Assembly (NCBI GenBank): GCA_002633005.1
Contig: NMRA01000003.1
Location: forward strand, 542,696-606,695
Direction of reading: 5' to 3'
DNA: 64,000 nt
Origin: Phoronis australis
Taxonomy: Eukaryota; Animalia; Phoronida
In this document: piece after piece, positions 63,701 to 64,000 of the stretch
Layout of the letters: every line of letters starts with the position of its first letter
Position numbering within the stretch: the stretch's first letter is position 1
Notes under the pieces: generated by a model
The model's input: the letters and a program-made list of their open reading frames with translations, nothing else
Told to the model about the DNA's origin: nothing
The model's database searches: none
Made by a program: the position numbers and the translations under genes

Positions 63701-64000
63701 TACACAATACTACAATACAAAAACTTACGTACCTACATCATCTCTTCTGCTACCAGCTGCTAACAAATACTTAACAGTTAAATTTAAATTATCACACTTC
63801 AGCATGCATTTCAAAGGTAACTTCACAATTGATGCTTACAATCTTGAAAGTTGTTTTTAAATCAATAGGTGGACATTCACTTAAGAAATGACATGCGTGT
63901 TCTATAATGTGTAGGTCACAAACAGTCATCTTTTTTGGAATCCCAAGGCCACAGTTTGTTCTTACCCCGTCTGGATCGCTGGCTGTGGTGTTCAGGAAAG
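39751..64000 (-). CDS. Large cadherin-related (Cad99C/protocadherin-15-like) type I membrane protein, 5' end outside the window
   Basis: Exons in transcript order: 63966->64000, 63224-63352, 62661-62834, 62002-62145, 60938-61123, 60033-60152, 59510-59692, 59113-59241, 57925-58113, 56990-57139, 55368-55562, 54790-54927, [54175-54375, 53925-54044, 53359-53541], duplicate set [52755-52955, 52505-52624, 51939-52121], 50655-50834, 49884-50066, 49015-49122, 48020-48208, 47297-47449, 46482-46679, 45040-45177, 44507-44631, 43782-43894, 43134-43268, 42555-42766, 42001-42329, 41447-41632, 40974-41204 (TM), 40271-40534, 39751-39844 (stop). All are GT-AG and phase-consistent. Motifs: AxDxD, F.I...TG.I, A.D.G.P, DVNDNAPKF, a membrane-adjacent domain and cytoplasmic YETQSLNM. 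Confidence 0.92.
44738..44876. repeat. ~54-bp minisatellite, ~2.5 copies (intronic)
   Basis: Repeating CAACA.T.TGATGAACATC..A.ATAG.CATC..AAGG.AA.GTTATAGTCA. Confidence 0.75.
48647..48700. repeat. (AAT)n-type microsatellite
   Basis: Seen directly. Confidence 0.85.
49458..49799. mobile_element. 342-bp foldback MITE with ~130-bp inverted arms and nested palindromes; AAGT flanking duplication
   Basis: AACAGCTTATTATTTAAAATGACTTATTCTTATTAAAATGACATA...GGACCTCAAAAGCGAGG and its reverse complement. AAGT at 49454-49457 and 49800-49803. Confidence 0.88.
51439..51541. repeat. 32-bp minisatellite, 3 copies
   Basis: CCAAGTTACACAGTATCCCACAGTGCATTCTT x3. Confidence 0.9.
51835..54662. repeat. ~1.42-kb near-identical tandem duplication containing three cadherin exons; a single N at the junction
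   Basis: ~51835-53242 repeats at ~53247-54662 with a constant offset of 1420. The n is at 53243. Confidence 0.92.
58720..58905 (-). mobile_element. tRNA-derived SINE
   Basis: Minus strand reads GGAGACAGTGTGGCTCAGTCGATT (A box) ... GCTTCGAATCCTGG (B box) at tRNA spacing, followed by a non-tRNA body. Confidence 0.6.
60216..60428. repeat. 19-bp minisatellite, ~11 copies
   Basis: TAAACAGG(C/T)GATATATTGG tandem units. Confidence 0.92.
63558..63709. repeat. 48-bp minisatellite, ~3 copies
   Basis: TACACAATAGTAAAAATTACAGTTGTACAAAAAAGGCCTCCAGCCACA x3. Confidence 0.92.

Overview
Eukaryotic DNA from an AT-rich, repeat-rich animal genome, probably a marine invertebrate and plausibly a lophotrochozoan (inference from gene and repeat types), with three N-gaps. 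Genes reconstructed by reading splice sites by eye: (1) an intact but catalytically altered Merlin/IS1595(ISXO2)-type transposase frame at 10400-11293 that starts exactly at a phase-0 splice acceptor; (2) TOMM22 exons at 15032-15274 and 16570-16674, with exon 1 not located; (3) a 4-exon ARMH2-like gene on the minus strand (20965-26143) with a long C-terminal extension; (4) a 3-exon orphan coiled-coil + single-TM gene (31066-35318); (5) an intronless FMRFamide-receptor-like class A GPCR (35483-36646, minus); (6) the 3' ~24 kb of a large Cad99C/PCDH15-like cadherin (39751 to beyond 64000, minus) with at least 13 repeats, mostly non-canonical linkers and a furin-type site. Introns and intergenic DNA carry many non-autonomous transposons. 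The most interesting candidate system is the apparently domesticated Merlin transposase exon upstream of TOMM22 exon 2 and in the same splice phase, a possible CSB-PGBD3-like exon trap. A Helentron-like element with an array of co-oriented CTCF-like motifs lies just upstream of it. All family assignments come from recalled motifs, not database searches.
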